A DNA stretch of 63,913 nucleotides, filler included, from Octopus bimaculoides (taxonomy: Eukaryota): assembly GCF_001194135.2 (NCBI RefSeq). It is 5 parts of 4 records of this genome, joined end to end, with 100 filler letters (N's around TTAATTAATTAA, not from the genome) between each part and the next. Parts side by side here need not be neighbours in the genome. Positions count along the whole stretch, not along the records: positions 1 to 24,775 come from NC_068986.1; 4 more parts are not named here. One strand, written 5' to 3'. Of the stretch, positions 1-11,630 are shown one piece after another. Under the pieces are notes generated by a model. It made no database searches, had not been told where the DNA came from, and saw only the letters and a list, made by a program, of their open reading frames with translations. How positions within the stretch are numbered: position 1 is the first letter of the stretch; each line of letters opens with the position of its first letter. A program made the translations under genes and the position numbers.

Positions 1-30
<30 letters not shown>

Positions 31-33
<3 letters not shown>

Positions 34-170
34 ATGCTGATAAGTTTCAAATACTCCACTATTGGCCCACAAGCACACTTACAATCGGAATACATAGGAC
101 CAGGGAGCAGTGCAATCCCAGAGTTAGAATCGGTGCGTGATCTGAGAATCCATATGATTAATGACGTCTC
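31..170 (+). mobile_element. CR1/L2-like LINE RT fragment
   Basis: Translation YIGPGSSAIPELESVRDLRIHMIND resembles the V-x-DLG-I motif downstream of the RT core in CR1/L2 LINEs; short and degraded. Confidence 0.4.
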
Positions 171-697
171 CACTATGCAAACCCTATGAAACAAAGAAAC
201 ATTTACTACAGAACTTCATGCACCGTATGCAATTCCCTGGATATGATCAGAAAGATAGGATTCGGTTATACAGGGTAGCAAGAAAGAAGTTAGATAGCAT
301 TATATGTAATGAAACCCTAGATATAGAAGCAAAGACTGGAATAGGATACAAAGAGTTTGATACAAAGCAAACAAGGTGAACACGTGGTACAAGACCGAAA
401 AATATCAAGGAGTGATGTTTGTAGAGGCTACAGTCCATGGAGAACTAGCTCGAAGGTTTAGGAAAGCTCTGAAAGAAACCAAACTCAACATTAAAATCGT
501 TGAAAAGCCAGGGAGCTCCATCAAATCACAACTATGTAGGACGTATCCCTTTGAGAATAACACATGCACCAATGATAACCGCATGGTATGTAAGATTAAT
601 CATAGCATTAACTGTAGAACTAGAAATGTAGTCTACAGCATAAAGTGCATAGAGAGTGCTTGTAAAGACATAAACATGGTATACAAAGGTGAGACAT
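161..697 (+). mobile_element. Penelope-like element fragment (RT thumb, linker, start of GIY-YIG endonuclease), frameshifted near 377, cut by gap
   Basis: FMHRMQFPGY...DRIRLY, VMFVEAT..GELARRF, KIVEKPGSSIKSQL, Cys-rich linker, then NCRTRNVVYSIKC...YKGET (GIY-YIG-type motif); homologous copy at 24480. Confidence 0.8.
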
Positions 698-1599
698 NNN
701 NNNNNNNNNNNNNNNNNNNNNNNNNNNNNNNNNNNNNNNNNNNNNNNNNNNNNNNNNNNNNNNNNNNNNNNNNNNNNNNNNNNNNNNNNNNNNNNNNNNN
801 NNNNNNNNNNNNNNNNNNNNNNNNNNNNNNNNNNNNNNNNNNNNNNNNNNNNNNNNNNNNNNNNNNNNNNNNNNNNNNNNNNNNNNNNNNNNNNNNNNNN
901 NNNNNNNNNNNNNNNNNNNNNNNNNNNNNNNNNNNNNNNNNNNNNNNNNNNNNNNNNNNNNNNNNNNNNNNNNNNNNNNNNNNNNNNNNNNNNNNNNNNN
1001 NNNNNNNNNNNNNNNNNNNNNNNNNNNNNNNNNNNNNNNNNNNNNNNNNNNNNNNNNNNNNNNNNNNNNNNNNNNNNNNNNNNNNNNNNNNNNNNNNNNN
1101 NNNNNNNNNNNNNNNNNNNNNNNNNNNNNNNNNNNNNNNNNNNNNNNNNNNNNNNNNNNNNNNNNNNNNNNNNNNNNNNNNNNNNNNNNNNNNNNNNNNN
1201 NNNNNNNNNNNNNNNNNNNNNNNNNNNNNNNNNNNNNNNNNNNNNNNNNNNNNNNNNNNNNNNNNNNNNNNNNNNNNNNNNNNNNNNNNNNNNNNNNNNN
1301 NNNNNNNNNNNNNNNNNNNNNNNNNNNNNNNNNNNNNNNNNNNNNNNNNNNNNNNNNNNNNNNNNNNNNNNNNNNNNNNNNNNNNNNNNNNNNNNNNNNN
1401 TATATATATATATATATATATATATTTACATATATCGATAGATATAGATAAGTATATATATAACTATATCATTGTGTGTATAAATATGCACAGGGTATTC
1501 GAGCTAAATTTGACAGTTTGCTTATAAAGGAGAGAAAACAAAATAACACATCAAAAAATAAAGGCATTAAAACAAAAATCAAAAACTATCAACTCGATT

Positions 1600-2230
1600 A
1601 TACCTTCCACGCGGCCGCAATACGGCTCTGGAAGCCGGCACATACATTTCTCACTGTGTCCCTAAGATTGTCTTTGAAAACATCTTTATCTTGGCTTCTG
1701 GCTCGACCTTGGTGTAGCAGGCAAAGCAGTTGGTGTATTTCTCAACTAGACATAGTGATTCAAGGGATTACAATCGGGAGAATCTAGAAGCCAGAAACTG
1801 GGGCTGGTGAAGCCGTAGAAATTCTCTGACAACCACTTAACCACTTCTGTGTCTTTCCATAAGTATAGCACGGAGCCGAATCCTACTGCCACACGTACAG
1901 CCATCCAGCAGCAACTGTCTGCTGCCAGGGTTTGACCGTAGTCTCCAGCAGCTACGCAAAGCCGTTTTAATTGAGACTAAGGCGCTGTTCAAAGATATGG
2001 GGTGGAATGATGTCACCCTCACTGGAGACGCACGCTAAAATAATTACGATTTGGGGAAATTGGTTTCCATGGTCTCTATGTCATATTTTACTGTCTTTAT
2101 AGTGTTCACAAAACATTGAGCAGTCGTCATGATGACGGCATTTTGATATCGGGCTTGAATCATCGTGATGCAGATACCTCTTTTCCAATATTCAGATGGT
2201 TTTTACTGCTTCATGTCGGTTAAATGTAAA
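1600..2230 (-). mobile_element. Tc1/mariner DD37D (maT-type) transposase remnant
   Basis: Minus strand reads ACVSSEGDIIPPHIFE..LLETTVKPW..YVWQ*DSAPC..TQKWL/SENFYGFTSPSFWLLDSPDCNPLN; 37 residues between the DSAP aspartate and the third catalytic position after removing an 8-bp duplication; multiple stops. Confidence 0.85.
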
Positions 2231-2489
2231 CGACATAGAGCACTGAAGCCATCTTAATGTGTGGTTGTGTGTGTGTGTGTGTGTGTGTGTGTTCGTTAGC
2301 TATTGCCAGTGGCTATTTGCCTCTGGCGACACCAAAATTGAACAATATCAACGATAAAAGACGCGAAAATGTAAGGAGCTTTTGGACGTTGACTGATGAG
2401 GAATTAGCTATGAATTTTCTGTTTGTTAAGCTTTTGTTAACGTTTCCGTTATCCTGTCTTTTTGTTAAAACCTCTGAAATATATATATA

Positions 2490-2580
2490 CTAGCAGAAAT
2501 ACCCGGCGTTGCCCGGGTTAAAGAGAATAATGAAATCTAAAAACGCCGTCTAGACTACGCATCATCTTTATATATAGAGA
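2490..2580 (-). mobile_element. Miniature non-autonomous Helitron (91 bp)
   Basis: Minus strand begins TCTCTATATATAAAG and ends with hairpin ACCCGGGCAACGCCGGGT plus CTAG; inserted between A and T, no TSD. Confidence 0.75.
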
Positions 2581-3699
2581 TGTATATACACACACGCACC
2601 CAAACACACGTATATATATGTATATCAATATAAATATATGAAAGTCAATGAAGTTTCGTAAAAGAAGGTGATCGTGTACATACTTTCTTGCTGTTGTGAT
2701 TATAACACCTCATTGTAAACTATGTTCCTTGTTTTCCCTTGTGGAGCATATACAAATAGGTTTTTTGTTNNNNNNNNNNNNNNNNNNNNNNNNNNNNNNN
2801 NNNNNNNNNNNNNNNNNNNNNNNNNNNNNNNNNNNNNNNNNNNNNNNNNNNNNNNNNNNNNNNNNNNNNNNNNNNNNNNNNNNNNNNNNNNNNNNNNNNN
2901 NNNNNNNNNNNNNNNNNNNNNNNNNNNNNNNNNNNNNNNNNNNNNNNNNNNNNNNNNNNNNNNNNNNNNNNNNNNNNNNNNNNNNNNNNNNNNNNNNNNN
3001 NNNNNNNNNNNNNNNNNNNNNNNNNNNNNNNNNNNNNNNNNNNNNNNNNNNNNNNNNNNNNNNNNNNNNNNNNNNNNNNNNNNNNNNNNNNNNNNNNNNN
3101 NNNNNNNNNNNNNNNNNNNNNNNNNNNNNNNNNNNNNNNNNNNNNNNNNNNNNNNNNNNNNNNNNNNNNNNNNNNNNNNNNNNNNNNNNNNNNNNNNNNN
3201 NNNNNNNNNNNNNNNNNNNNNNNNNNNNNNNNNNNNNNNNNNNNNNNNNNNNNNNNNNNNNNNNNNNNNNNNNNNNNNNNNNNNNNNNNNNNNNNNNNNN
3301 NNNNNNNNNNNNNNNNNNNNNNNNNNNNNNNNNNNNNNNNNNNNNNNNNNNNNNNNNNNNNNNNNNNNNNNNNNNNNNNNNNNNNNNNNNNNNNNNNNNN
3401 NNNNNNNNNNNNNNNNNNNNNNNNNNNNNNNNNNNNNNNNNNNNNNNNNNNNNNNNNNNNNNNNNNNNNNNNNNNNNNNNNNNNNNNNNNNNNNNNNNNN
3501 NNNNNNNNNNNNNNNNNNNNNNNNNNNNNNNNNNNNNNNNNNNNNNNNNNNNNNNNNNNNNNNNNNNNNNNNNNNNNNNNNNNNNNNNNNNNNNNNNNNN
3601 NNNNNNNNNNNNNNNNNNNNNNNNNNNNNNNNNAAAACTGATTTCAAATTTTTTCCAAAACACTCTATAACAGTGTTCAAATGAATTAATATGCGGATA

Positions 3700-3709
3700 T
3701 ATATATATA

Positions 3710-3760
<51 letters not shown>

Positions 3761-3905
3761 GTGTGCATACATACAAACATATATACATACTTACATACAT
3801 ACATACACACACACACATACACGCTCACATATGATACACACACGCACGCGCATACAGACACCGACACACACACAAACACACACACACATAAACACACACA
3901 CACAT

Positions 3906-3944
<39 letters not shown>

Positions 3945-3948
3945 CGCA
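3700..3948. repeat. Compound (TA)n/(TG)n/(CATA)n/(CA)n microsatellite
   Basis: Directly visible; representative of many similar tracts (e.g. 6686-6778, 17180-17560, 24900-26230, 30950-32200, 41220-41680, 52560-52830, 53580-53670, 58785-58950, 63310-63913). Confidence 0.95.
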
Positions 3949-4510
3949 TCCCAACATTTATTTTGACCCGGATATTATTTTACGCACTTCCGACTGGATC
4001 GTTAAGTACGTCATTTTTCTCTTTTTTTTGTCAAAACAACCTTATTCTCTCGTTCAATTGTAATTGAATTGTTTATATTAAAATAATTTTCTTTTAATGA
4101 GTAAAATAAATTTGTGCATTAAGAGTCGAGTTGACCAGTCACGAAATGCATAAACATGCTCTCTGTCTCTCCATCTCTCTCTCCTCTCTTTCGCACATAC
4201 ACACACACAGACACACACACAGAGCAGTGCATGCACGCACACATATACACACGTACACAACAACACGAATGTATAAGTGGAGTAAAAGTGCGCTATTGTT
4301 TACAAACGTCAAAGTACTTATTGGGTTATTGCTTTAGTATTTGATTAAGACCTCAAATATCAACGTTATGTTGAACCATTATGTGAATGTATGTTTATTA
4401 CCAAGGTCACCACTACTGAAATTAGGTACATAGGTACATGCATGCATACATACATACATACACATGTACATACATACACACGTACATACATACACACACA
4501 TACATACATA

Positions 4511-5025
4511 CATAGTAGTAGAAATCAGCTGTCCTGCGGATGTCAACATCCCACTAAAGATTAGAGAAAAAGAGAACAACTACGCCGAGCTACTGAGAAA
4601 TTTACAGATACTCCACCCAGACTACAAGTTCAGATTCATACCCGTGATTGTTGGGGTATTGGGATATGTAACGAACTGCCTCAACAAAAACCTGGAAAAA
4701 TTAGGGTTCTCAAAACCTGAAAGAAAAAGGCTGATTAGAAGACTACAGATTCAAGCCATCAATGGAACTGTAAAGATATGTAAAACTTTCCAAAAATTTA
4801 GCACATAAATGTGCTAAATCTAGATGCATGCATCTAGACATAAAAACGCATCCATAAAACAAACATACAAATCTGCGCATACACTAACACCAAATACTGC
4901 ACACACACACATGCACAAATACCTAGATGATGTTGATAAAAGTTCCAATGAAGGAGCCTTGAATCTATGTTAGAGTCCGGCTCTTTCTCTATGGACAAGA
5001 AATACAGAAATGAAACTGATTGATA
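4511..5025 (+). mobile_element. 5'-truncated R4/Dong-type non-LTR retrotransposon 3' end (restriction-like endonuclease plus 3'UTR)
   Basis: IVVEISCPADVNI..KIREKENNYAELLRNLQ..PDYKFRFIPVIVGVLG = RLE C-terminal motifs; flanked on both sides by (CATA)n. Confidence 0.85.
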
Positions 5026-5440
5026 ACATACATACATACATACGTACGNNNNNNNNNNNNNNNNNNNNNNNNNNNNNNNNNNNNNNNNNNNNNNNNNNNN
5101 NNNNNNNNNNNNNNNNNNNNNNNNNNNNNNNNNNNNNNNNNNNNNNNNNNNNNNNNNNNNNNNNNNNNNNNNNNNNNNNNNNNNNNNNNNNNNNNNNNNN
5201 NNNNNNNNNNNNNNNNNNNNNNNNNNNNNNNNNNNNNNNNNNNNNNNNNNNNNNNNNNNNNNNNNNNNNNNNNNNNNNNNNNNNNNNNNNNNNNNNNNNN
5301 NNNNNNNNNNNNNNNNNNNNNNNNNNNNNNNNNNNNNNNNNNNNNNNNNNNNNNNNNNNNNNNNNNNNNNNNNNNNNNNNNNNNNNNNNNNNNNNNNNNN
5401 NNNNNNNNNNNNNNNNNNNNNNNNNNNNNNNNNNNNNTAT

Positions 5441-5585
5441 ATATACGACAGGCTTCTTTCAGTTTCCGTCTACCAAACCTACTCACAACGCTTTAGTCAG
5501 CCCGAAGCTATAGGAGAAGACACTTGCCCAAGGTGTCACGCAGAGGCTATATGTTTGGGAAGCTAGCCTCTTACTACACAGCCAC
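5441..5585 (-). mobile_element. tRNA-derived SINE family B (CORE-like), 5' half
   Basis: Matches 29196-29576 in reverse: CCTTGGGCAAGTGTCTTCT core and GACGGAAACTGAAAGAAGCC. Confidence 0.7.
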
Positions 5586-5594
5586 AGATGTGCC

Positions 5595-5629
<35 letters not shown>

Positions 5630-5954
5630 GTGTGTGAGTGAAGGCTTTTGCATGTCTCATGTATCATAAATCTATATTCTATATCTACAAATTCTTCAGG
5701 TCTGAGATGGACAAGTTTATTTATAGAAGGCAAACATTTGCCCATGGATTGATGTCTCTATTGTGTGACACTGATATTGTTCAATGGAATGGCAAAGCCT
5801 GATACAGTCTGGTACCGGCATCTCATAGGTCTTGTCAGAACTTAAATTGTTAGTTTACGCTAAAACTGTCCCAATTGGTCGCTCTGAAATGGTATTTTAT
5901 CCACCCATCCATCCATCCATACATACATACATACATACATTCGTTCATTCACAC

Positions 5955-6092
5955 ATACACCAGAAAAGTACCGTCATAGAGGTCAGTTGCCTTGCTGATG
6001 TGAATATCTCTTTGAAAATCAAAAAGAAAGAGGATAACTATGAAAAGCTGCTTCGAAAGTTCCAGATTCTATACCCACAGTTCCATATTTAA
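5955..6092 (+). mobile_element. R4/Dong-type RLE fragment (same family as 4511)
   Basis: STVIEVSCLADVNISLKIKKKEDNYEKLLRKFQILYP aligns to the 4511 copy; preceded by (CATA)n. Confidence 0.7.
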
Positions 6093-6166
6093 GTGATGAG
6101 GAATTATGTACATTATTTACATTATTTACATTTGACGGATATTTGTCTTCATCTTGTTCGTTGCTA

Positions 6167-6210
6167 ACACAACGTTTCGGCTGAAATACCCATCAGCCTT
6201 CATCAGGTGT
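6167..6210 (-). ncRNA. Minimal type-I hammerhead ribozyme
   Basis: ACAC-CUGAUGA-a-GGCUG(loop)CAGCC-GAAA-CG-U-U-GUGU: stem I, full core, 5-bp stem II, palindromic ACGU stem III. Confidence 0.7.
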
Positions 6211-6264
6211 CTTGGGGAAATTTCGAACCTAGAAATGAGTACTCAAGTTCGAAATTTCCCCAAA

Positions 6265-6308
6265 ACACCTGGTGAAGGCTGGACGGTATATCAGCCGAAA
6301 CGTTGTGT
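6265..6308 (+). ncRNA. Hammerhead motif, core mutated (CUGGUGA)
   Basis: Inverted copy of 6167-6210 with A6 to G. Confidence 0.5.
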
Positions 6309-7121
6309 TGAAAACAAACAAGATAAGGATAAATGTCCGTCAAATGTAAATAATGTAAATGATGTTCTATACCCACATTATAAATTGGTGCACTTAGTTT
6401 TGTTGAGTGAATGCCTTAACAGAGAATCAGCACAAGTTATTGTTTTCAGGAAAAGAAATCAACTAGTTTACTCGCCCCTAGACGACGTCGAGTGGAGTGT
6501 AACTACTCCAAAACGTACCGAACTGTCAATTACAGGAAGGTTACATCTGTCTGTGGACTACTCAGCCTCTTAGACGTTAATCTAGGAGCAGGTAATTAAT
6601 TTGATCGAAAAATTGAATCCTTAATATCGAACGACAGAGATCCATGAATATGTGTGTACCTCCCTGTGTACAGTACCTTATATAGATATGTATGTATGTA
6701 TGTTTGTATGTATGTATGTATGTATGTATGTATGTATGTATGTATGTATGTATGTATGTATGTATGTATGTATATATANNNNNNNNNNNNNNNNNNNNNN
6801 NNNNNNNNNNNNNNNNNNNNNNNNNNNNNNNNNNNNNNNNNNNNNNNNNNNNNNNNNNNNNNNNNNNNNNNNNNNNNNNNNNNNNNNNNNNNNNNNNNNN
6901 NNNNNNNNNNNNNNNNNNNNNNNNNNNNNNNNNNNNNNNNNNNNNNNNNNATAGCAGGAAAATTACATCAATAAATCATCACAGAAGATATACGTCCAAA
7001 ATAATATTCTATTAATAGATATATATATAAATATAAAACAATTGCAGCGTGGAAGGTGTTTATAAGCCATTTAAAATAACACACAAAATCCGTTAGATTC
7101 ACTTCAACATTTAAATTTAAT

Positions 7122-7171
7122 TTGTCAAAATATTTTCGTCGCTTTGATACCGCGACCTGTTCACTGACAAA
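7122..7171 (-). ncRNA. Minimal type-I hammerhead with G3-C8 swapped core
   Basis: UUUGUCA-GUGAACA-g-GUCGC(9 nt)GCGAC-GAAA-AUAU-U-U-UGACAAA: 7-bp stem I, 5-bp stem II, palindromic AAUAUU stem III. Confidence 0.6.
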
Positions 7172-7198
7172 ATTCTGTGCTGCACAGAATTTTGTCAG
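7164..7198. repeat. Perfect 17-bp inverted repeat, 1-nt loop
   Basis: CTGACAAAATTCTGTGC-T-GCACAGAATTTTGTCAG. Confidence 0.95.
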
Positions 7199-8183
7199 CA
7201 AGTGCATCTCCGTAATATATAAATATAGTTACTGGCATAGATGTGCGTTGGTATACAACACCCAGCTATACCAGTAACTTCTTTAAACATCTTTTTCGTA
7301 TATTTTTAAATAGCATTCGATTGACTACACGGAAATTCCCCCTTTTCTCTGACGAGTGGGTATATTACCTAATAATGATTATCAATTTTAGATTTCATTT
7401 CGAAGGGTAATGCAATCATGAAACGATCGTAGGATATTTTAAACTTTTTAAATAATCATACTTTATATATTTATATATCTATCTGTTAATACAATATTAT
7501 TTTGGACGTATATCTTCTGTGATGATTTTTTGATGTAATTTTTCCTGCTCAATATATATATGTGTGTACGTGTGTGTCTATGTGTGTGTGCACGTTTGTC
7601 AAACCTGAATGCTATCATATATTCCTTCAAATCTCATTCCAAATTATATGAAACTGGTGTCGTTGATCATACAATTACAAAGAAAGAAATAAAAAAAGAA
7701 AGAAACTCCTCAGAAACACAAACATCACCCTCCAGAGTAAACCCGCTCTTTCATCATGAAAATTGTGTGGCATGATTCCCTCTGGAAAAAAAATACAATC
7801 CTCGAAAGAAACCATTTTATATTCTCTATTTCATTTCTTTTTTCAGCCAACTCGAGCTAATCATCTTCATAATATTGTTACAAATAATGGATATTCAGTA
7901 ATTGATTACCTCCTACTTCAACTGAAATAATTCTCAAATAAAAATAATGAAGCGACCACTGCTTGTGTATTTATCCTTAAACAATCTTGAAGTAGTTTAT
8001 TTTTTCACATTATTCTCATGTAATACTGAATATTTGTTATTAAGTTCCAAAATATATTCAGAAATTGTATTTGTTATTCTATTGCATAATGCCCTATTAA
8101 TAATAAATATACCTTCAAGAAATATATAGATATATCATCTAATTTTATTTCTTGATATTAGTTTTGAAGTGGAAATCGGTCAT

Positions 8184-8257
<74 letters not shown>

Positions 8258-8285
8258 CATTTAACACTGTAGTATTAATTTCATA

Positions 8286-8445
8286 TTTTTGGCACAAGGC
8301 CGGCAATTTCGAGGATGTGGGTAAGTCAGTTACATCGACCCCAGTGGTCAACTGCCACTTATTTTACCTCAGAACGCAAAGGCGGAAAAAATGCCGCTAA
8401 GCACTTTGTCCGGCGTGCTAACGATTCTGTCAGCTCGCCATCTTT
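8286..8445 (-). mobile_element. tRNA-derived SINE family A, internally deleted
   Basis: Reverse match to head and tail of 8470-8688. Confidence 0.75.
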
Positions 8446-8469
8446 TATTGCTGTAATATTGATATTAGT

Positions 8470-8688
8470 AAGGCGGCGAACTGGCAGAAACGTTAGCACC
8501 CCGGACGAAATGTTTAGCGGTTTTTCGTCTGTCTTTACGTTCTGAATTCAAATTCCGCCGAGGTCGACTTTGCCTTTCATCCTTTCGGGGTCGATAAATT
8601 AAGTACCAGTTGCGTACTGCGGTCGATATAATCAACTGGTCCCCTCCCCCAAAATTTCGGGTCTTGTGCCTAGAGTAGAAAAGAATAT
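8470..8688 (+). mobile_element. tRNA-derived SINE family A, full length
   Basis: AAGGCGGCGAACTGG head, B-box-like GAATTCAAATTCC, central CTTTCATCCTTTCGGGGTCGATAAATTAAGTACCAG; 15-bp TSD AATATTGATATTAGT (8455-8469 / 8684-8698). Confidence 0.9.
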
Positions 8689-8914
8689 TGATATTAGTGA
8701 TGCACAGGCACATCTAATCTAAAGAACATAAAAGTGAAATTTGGTAATGTACTTTTCTTAACAGAAGCTTAACAATTTTTTTGTCTGTAGTCGTTAAAAA
8801 TTTGAAATATTAGAAAACATCTCTATACCCTCCCTAATTTTAAAACCTTTTCTCAAATATAACTCAAACGAAGTCAAAGAAAGTAGATAACATGAAATTA
8901 TATAGCAAAAGTAA

Positions 8915-9149
8915 TTACCAACAACGAAAAATATAAAATGTTACTAACCAAGTAGCAGAAAAATTAAAAGTGTGTACTGCATCTTGTATGTAAACAAAGT
9001 AGACTGCGTGATTTGAGTCGTTTATATATTTTTGAACCGGATATTCTATTTTGTTTTTATCACATATTGACTTGTCGAAAAGCTCAAGATACGGAAATCC
9101 GGACATTCCCATATTGTTAACTTTGCTACAATGTGGCAGTTTGTTCTTA
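8915..9149 (-). CDS. Candidate terminal coding exon, unknown protein
   Basis: Acceptor TTATTTCAG, then ~78 open codons KNKLPHCSK...FRCW*; no homology recognised. Confidence 0.25.
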
Positions 9150-11210
9150 CTGAAATAAGTTAAGGGTTCATTCCGGTACAGCCGCGATATTGCTCAGGGT
9201 CATTAATATATTTCGGAAACTCATAGGCGTCAAACATTTCGGAGAATATATCTGGATATTATATTTTCGATAGACCAAAGATGTATGTTGGTTAACTAAT
9301 GACATCTTTTATTTGTTTCAGTAATTGTAGTGCAGCCATGCTGGAGTACCTTCTTGATGGCTATTAATCTAACAAATGGATATCACTGCAATTTCTATCT
9401 TTCATTGAAGCTAGTTCACTTTGCCTTTAATGTAAAGTCATTAATGTTAGATTGTAATTTACTTTCCCTGGGATTTAGTAACAATGTTTTGGACAATTAT
9501 AATATTTTTCTTTGTTGGAGAAAAAAGTCTTCTTAAAATAAATTTTAGCATAAAATACATCTAGCGATAAGATAAAAGCAATCAAGATATTAGTGAAAAG
9601 AAATCCAAGGTAAGTGAGTTAATATATCTACAAATAGAGAAGATCCATACCAACTATTGAAAAATAACTTTTCAAGCTTTTATTAAAAATGTATAATTAA
9701 ATTAATTAATTATATCTTCAAATATATTCGGGCAATTAGCTCTTTATATAACTTTATCATCAACAATAGTTTCCAGTAGATTTAATTTCAGTCTGACATT
9801 TAATCAAATGAATGGCATTTGAATTGTGGAAGTTTCATAACTAAATTGGTAGAACATTTTTATTTCTGCTTTGAAGAACAAAATTCTGTCAACTTGGGAT
9901 TTGATGATAATCATTTATTAACCATCTCGAGAGTAATGGTTGTAATATGTCTATTGTTCTAGAGAGAACAAATAAAGTAGGGAATATTATCGTTTCTTGA
10001 TTATATTGAAAGATCGAAGTATTGATCTTTTTGACAATGAATAGGATACCCCCGGAGTTTTGAACCAAGACCTCAATAAATACCTCAAAGTATTTAGTTC
10101 AGCAATTTACCCTTTCTGATATCCAACTGTGCTGAAAAACAGAAATATTAGATATTCGAATCGAACTGTTGTTCGACAACACATTACTGTGATGCTAATT
10201 CGCACATATAAACTGTAATTGAAACGTCATTGGTAATACAACTTGGTGTCTGTTGCATATTCATTTCTTCGCTAAGAAGCCACCAAATCAGCATCGCTAA
10301 CAAAATATTAATCTATTATTATTTCTTTCCCCATTTAATAAGAATGTTTTAAACATCTGCGTATGCTGAATCACTTTCTTACATTGCATAATCGTAAATA
10401 GCATAAATAATAATTGAGCTCTGAACAGGGCTCAATCATTGGTTGGAGTTGAATATTGATTGTTATATATTATAGATCGTGCAGTCAAGAAATAATTACG
10501 CATGTTATATGTATATAGAATAAAAACGCGTAATTATGATTTGTAATACATATCTTCTAACTAGAGTAAGTGTAGAGTCACAACTATGTTCTCTGCTTAG
10601 TTTCTCTTTTTACATATTCCTAAACTTCCAGAGTAACTGACATTACGCGGGATCAAACGAATTAATACTTTTATGCAGTTCTATCAAAAATGCATGCTTC
10701 CCTCCAAACAACACAATTTTTTTTATTACAACTGGCATATAACAACAATTTAAACCTAGTTCTGCACTGTCGTCTAATTCTGAAGTGGTTTACAAGTGAT
10801 CGTGGTTTGTTGTAATTTGACCTAAAACTAAGTCTCAACAAAACGATATCTCTTCATTTATTGTGAGTTTTCCGATCGATATAATGGACCTATCAATCAA
10901 GCTTGTTTCTATTTATCATTCATAAGCTATCCAATTTACAGCTAAACCAGTGTAATTTATGAAATAACAACAAGGCTGGGGAAATTCTACGTAACTCTGT
11001 ACAACTTCACCTATAGTCTTTACTATATTCGTTTTTACAACTTTATCTAAGTAGAAGAGAGCGATTTTGTCTTCAATATATTATGCAGCCAAAGAACACA
11101 CAGTGTACACACAAGAAAATAATTTTTACCTACAGCGCATTTGTATGTCAATAAGGCTGCAAAAGTTTGCTAAATAGATTCTGCTTGGCATTAAATTGCA
11201 AAGTAAATAT

Positions 11211-11630
11211 TTATTTCTTTATTGCCCATAAGGGGCTAAATATGGAGGGGACAAACAAAGGGATTAAATCGATTACATCGACCCCAGCGCATAACTGGTA
11301 CTTATTTAATCAACCCCGAAAGGATGAAAGGCTAAATCGACCTCGGCGGAATTTAAACTCAGAACATAGCGGCAGATGAAATACCACTAAGCATTACGTC
11401 CGGCGTGCTAACGATTCTTATTTCTTTATTGCCCACAAGGGGCTAAACATAGAGGGGACAAACAAGGACAGACAAAGGGATTAAGTCGATTACATCGACC
11501 CCACTGCGTAACTGGTACTTAATTTATCGACCCCGAAAGGATGAAGGGCATAGTCGACCTCGGTGGAATTTGAACTCAGAACGTAGCGGCAGACGAAATA
11601 CCGCTAACGATTCTGCCAGCTCACCGCCTT
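11211..11630 (-). mobile_element. Dimeric SINE family A
   Basis: Two tandem units; flanked by TSD TTGCAAAGTAAATATT (11196-11211 / 11629-11644). Confidence 0.85.

Larger units (their letters stand above)
6108..6366. mobile_element. Fold-back PLE-type terminal element with two head-to-head hammerhead motifs
   Basis: About 125-bp arms inverted around GAGTACTC (centre ~6240); second locus at 42070-42310. Confidence 0.75.

Noticed and set aside
2393-2430. CTGATGA hammerhead-like core
   Set aside because: No GAAA after a closing stem II and no stem I.
7847-7897. Plus-strand 51-nt exon candidate PTRANHLHNIVTNNGYS
   Set aside because: Good acceptor but weak donor and no linkage to other exons.
8470-8560. 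tRNA genes at SINE heads
   Set aside because: A/B boxes are present but there is no cloverleaf, and they continue into SINE bodies.
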